Positions 62,526-64,000 of a DNA stretch of 64,000 nucleotides are shown here, piece after piece. Positions within the stretch are counted from its first letter, which is position 1, and every line of letters starts with the position of its first letter. The translations under genes and the position numbers were made by a program. The stretch lies in contig NMRA01000753.1 of the NCBI GenBank assembly GCA_002633005.1, positions 62,001 to 126,000 of the forward strand. The letters run 5' to 3'. The notes under the pieces were generated by a model. The model made no database searches. It saw nothing but the letters and a program-made list of their open reading frames with translations, and was not told the origin of the DNA. The stretch is from Phoronis australis. Taxonomy: Eukaryota > Animalia > Phoronida.

Positions 62526-63304
62526 TGTCAGTTTGTCAAAATTGAACCACTTCTCGATTCCATTGGTAAACACGCGCGCCAGATAAAAACTCCCAGAATG
62601 CATTGTAACTCTACATTAACAGTTGATTACGCTGTAACAAAATGTGAAGCATTTTGAAACAAAATAAAAGTCGTTGACATAAATGTCGAGATTGCAAAGT
62701 ATTTTAATTTAAAGAATTCCAAATAGTCACCAAGTGTCATTGTAAAATGCACGTATCTTGATGTTATTTCGCTTAGACCCACATTGCTCATAATTTACTA
62801 TAGTTTATAAACCTCTAGAACAGTCCTCCTCCCTTGTCTGATCTCATTCTTTACAACGCCCAGACAAACGTAACCCATTGCTTTTCGACCTCTCCTCCGC
62901 TTTTTAATATATGTAAACATTGTATTTCACAGCTACGCCCTTCGTTTGCATTGTGAAATTATAATTTTTTTTCGTGCTTCGCATGGCCTGGTGCCTTATG
63001 ATCAAATAACAAGGTCACGTGATGACCCATCTTCAACCGTCACTCATCCATGCACTCGCATCAAGTGGCAAAAAGCTACTGCTAACTACGCATGCCATGT
63101 GTGCCAGGAAACGAAAACGGACAAACGACACAACTGATAGAAGTACGGAGACTGTAACCACTATGTCACTATGTACACACTTCCTAGTAACGAGGCGGTG
63201 TCAAAATATCCACTTCAAACTAGGCTCGACGGTCGATTTATTTACTAAACTTTGCGACTACCCAACATTTGATTTATGATGGCAACATAATATTCTCCTA
63301 TTCA

Positions 63305-63382
63305 TGTGTGTGGGTATATATATATATATATATGTATGTTTGTTTGTTTGTATGTATGTATGTATGTATGTATGTACGTATG
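63305..63382. repeat. Compound microsatellite (TG)/(TA)n/(TTTG)n/(TATG)n
   Basis: Directly visible simple repeats. Confidence 0.95.
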
Positions 63383-64000
63383 CAGTATGAATATCGTGCC
63401 ATAAGACAAACGTGGCGACTTGAGGTAGCACGCAACACAGTCAATGACAAGAGCAACGCGAAGCGTTGAAGTGCTCCCACGACTGTACCGCAAACGGTGT
63501 GCGTCTAGGGGTGTTTGTTTAGATGGCTAAGAATACACTGAACCCATCCAAAAATAAGGTGTCCTGGCACTCAAAATTATTTGCAAAATTCTATGAAAAT
63601 CTGTCAAAGAACTCCAAAGGTACAAAGACAAACGAAAAATAAAATACTGCCTGCCATTAGGAACCACAGCAGTAGTGGAATCCATCCATTTGCTGTCAAG
63701 TTATTAGGAATACAATTTCAAAATTTCAGAAACATCTTGCAAGGGGTTTAAGAGATACAGCCGTATATGCAAAAATGTCAAAAGGGGGGACCACAGTAGT
63801 TGGACCCGTTTGAAAATCGACGTTAGTCATGCTCTGGTCAGTAGCAACACATCGGCCAATTTTCATAATGATCCTCTTCACGGTTTGGCAGATACAGAAG
63901 CAAACGACAAAGGACAGACTAAAAAGTAATTAAAATGGCAACTATTTGGTGCAGAATATGTCGAATCCAACACAAAAAGAAAGATGCTGTCGTCTTCATA

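Noticed and set aside
58329-64000. Next formin exon (end of dimerisation region, FH1/FH2)
   Set aside because: No acceptor-bounded segment with the expected peptide was found; it presumably lies beyond the window.

Overview
Eukaryotic, AT-rich, repeat-dense DNA from an invertebrate animal (taxon not determinable from the sequence); most ORFs in the supplied track are spurious. Two spliced genes can be read directly. (1) A complete 3-exon DPH3/KTI11 gene on the minus strand (30138->19477, 82 aa), absent from the ORF track. (2) The N-terminal GBD/FH3-DID part of an INF2-like formin on the plus strand (exons 33957-34429, 38603-38718, 43292-43451, 48515-48548, 58178-58328), continuing beyond the window. 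A phase-compatible ATG exon at 2653-2840 would place DPH3 antisense inside a ~31-kb formin intron. The non-coding space holds two minimal hammerhead-ribozyme motifs: one in a Penelope-like retroelement remnant (30871-31835), and one in an unusual 267-bp cassette made of a tRNA-like Pol III head, a hammerhead and a perfect 22-bp inverted repeat (3206-3472). Also present: MITEs with 5-bp or 8-bp TSDs, a 3-copy hairpin-ended repeat family, nested insertions and many mini/microsatellites. All family assignments are from recalled knowledge; no database search was run.
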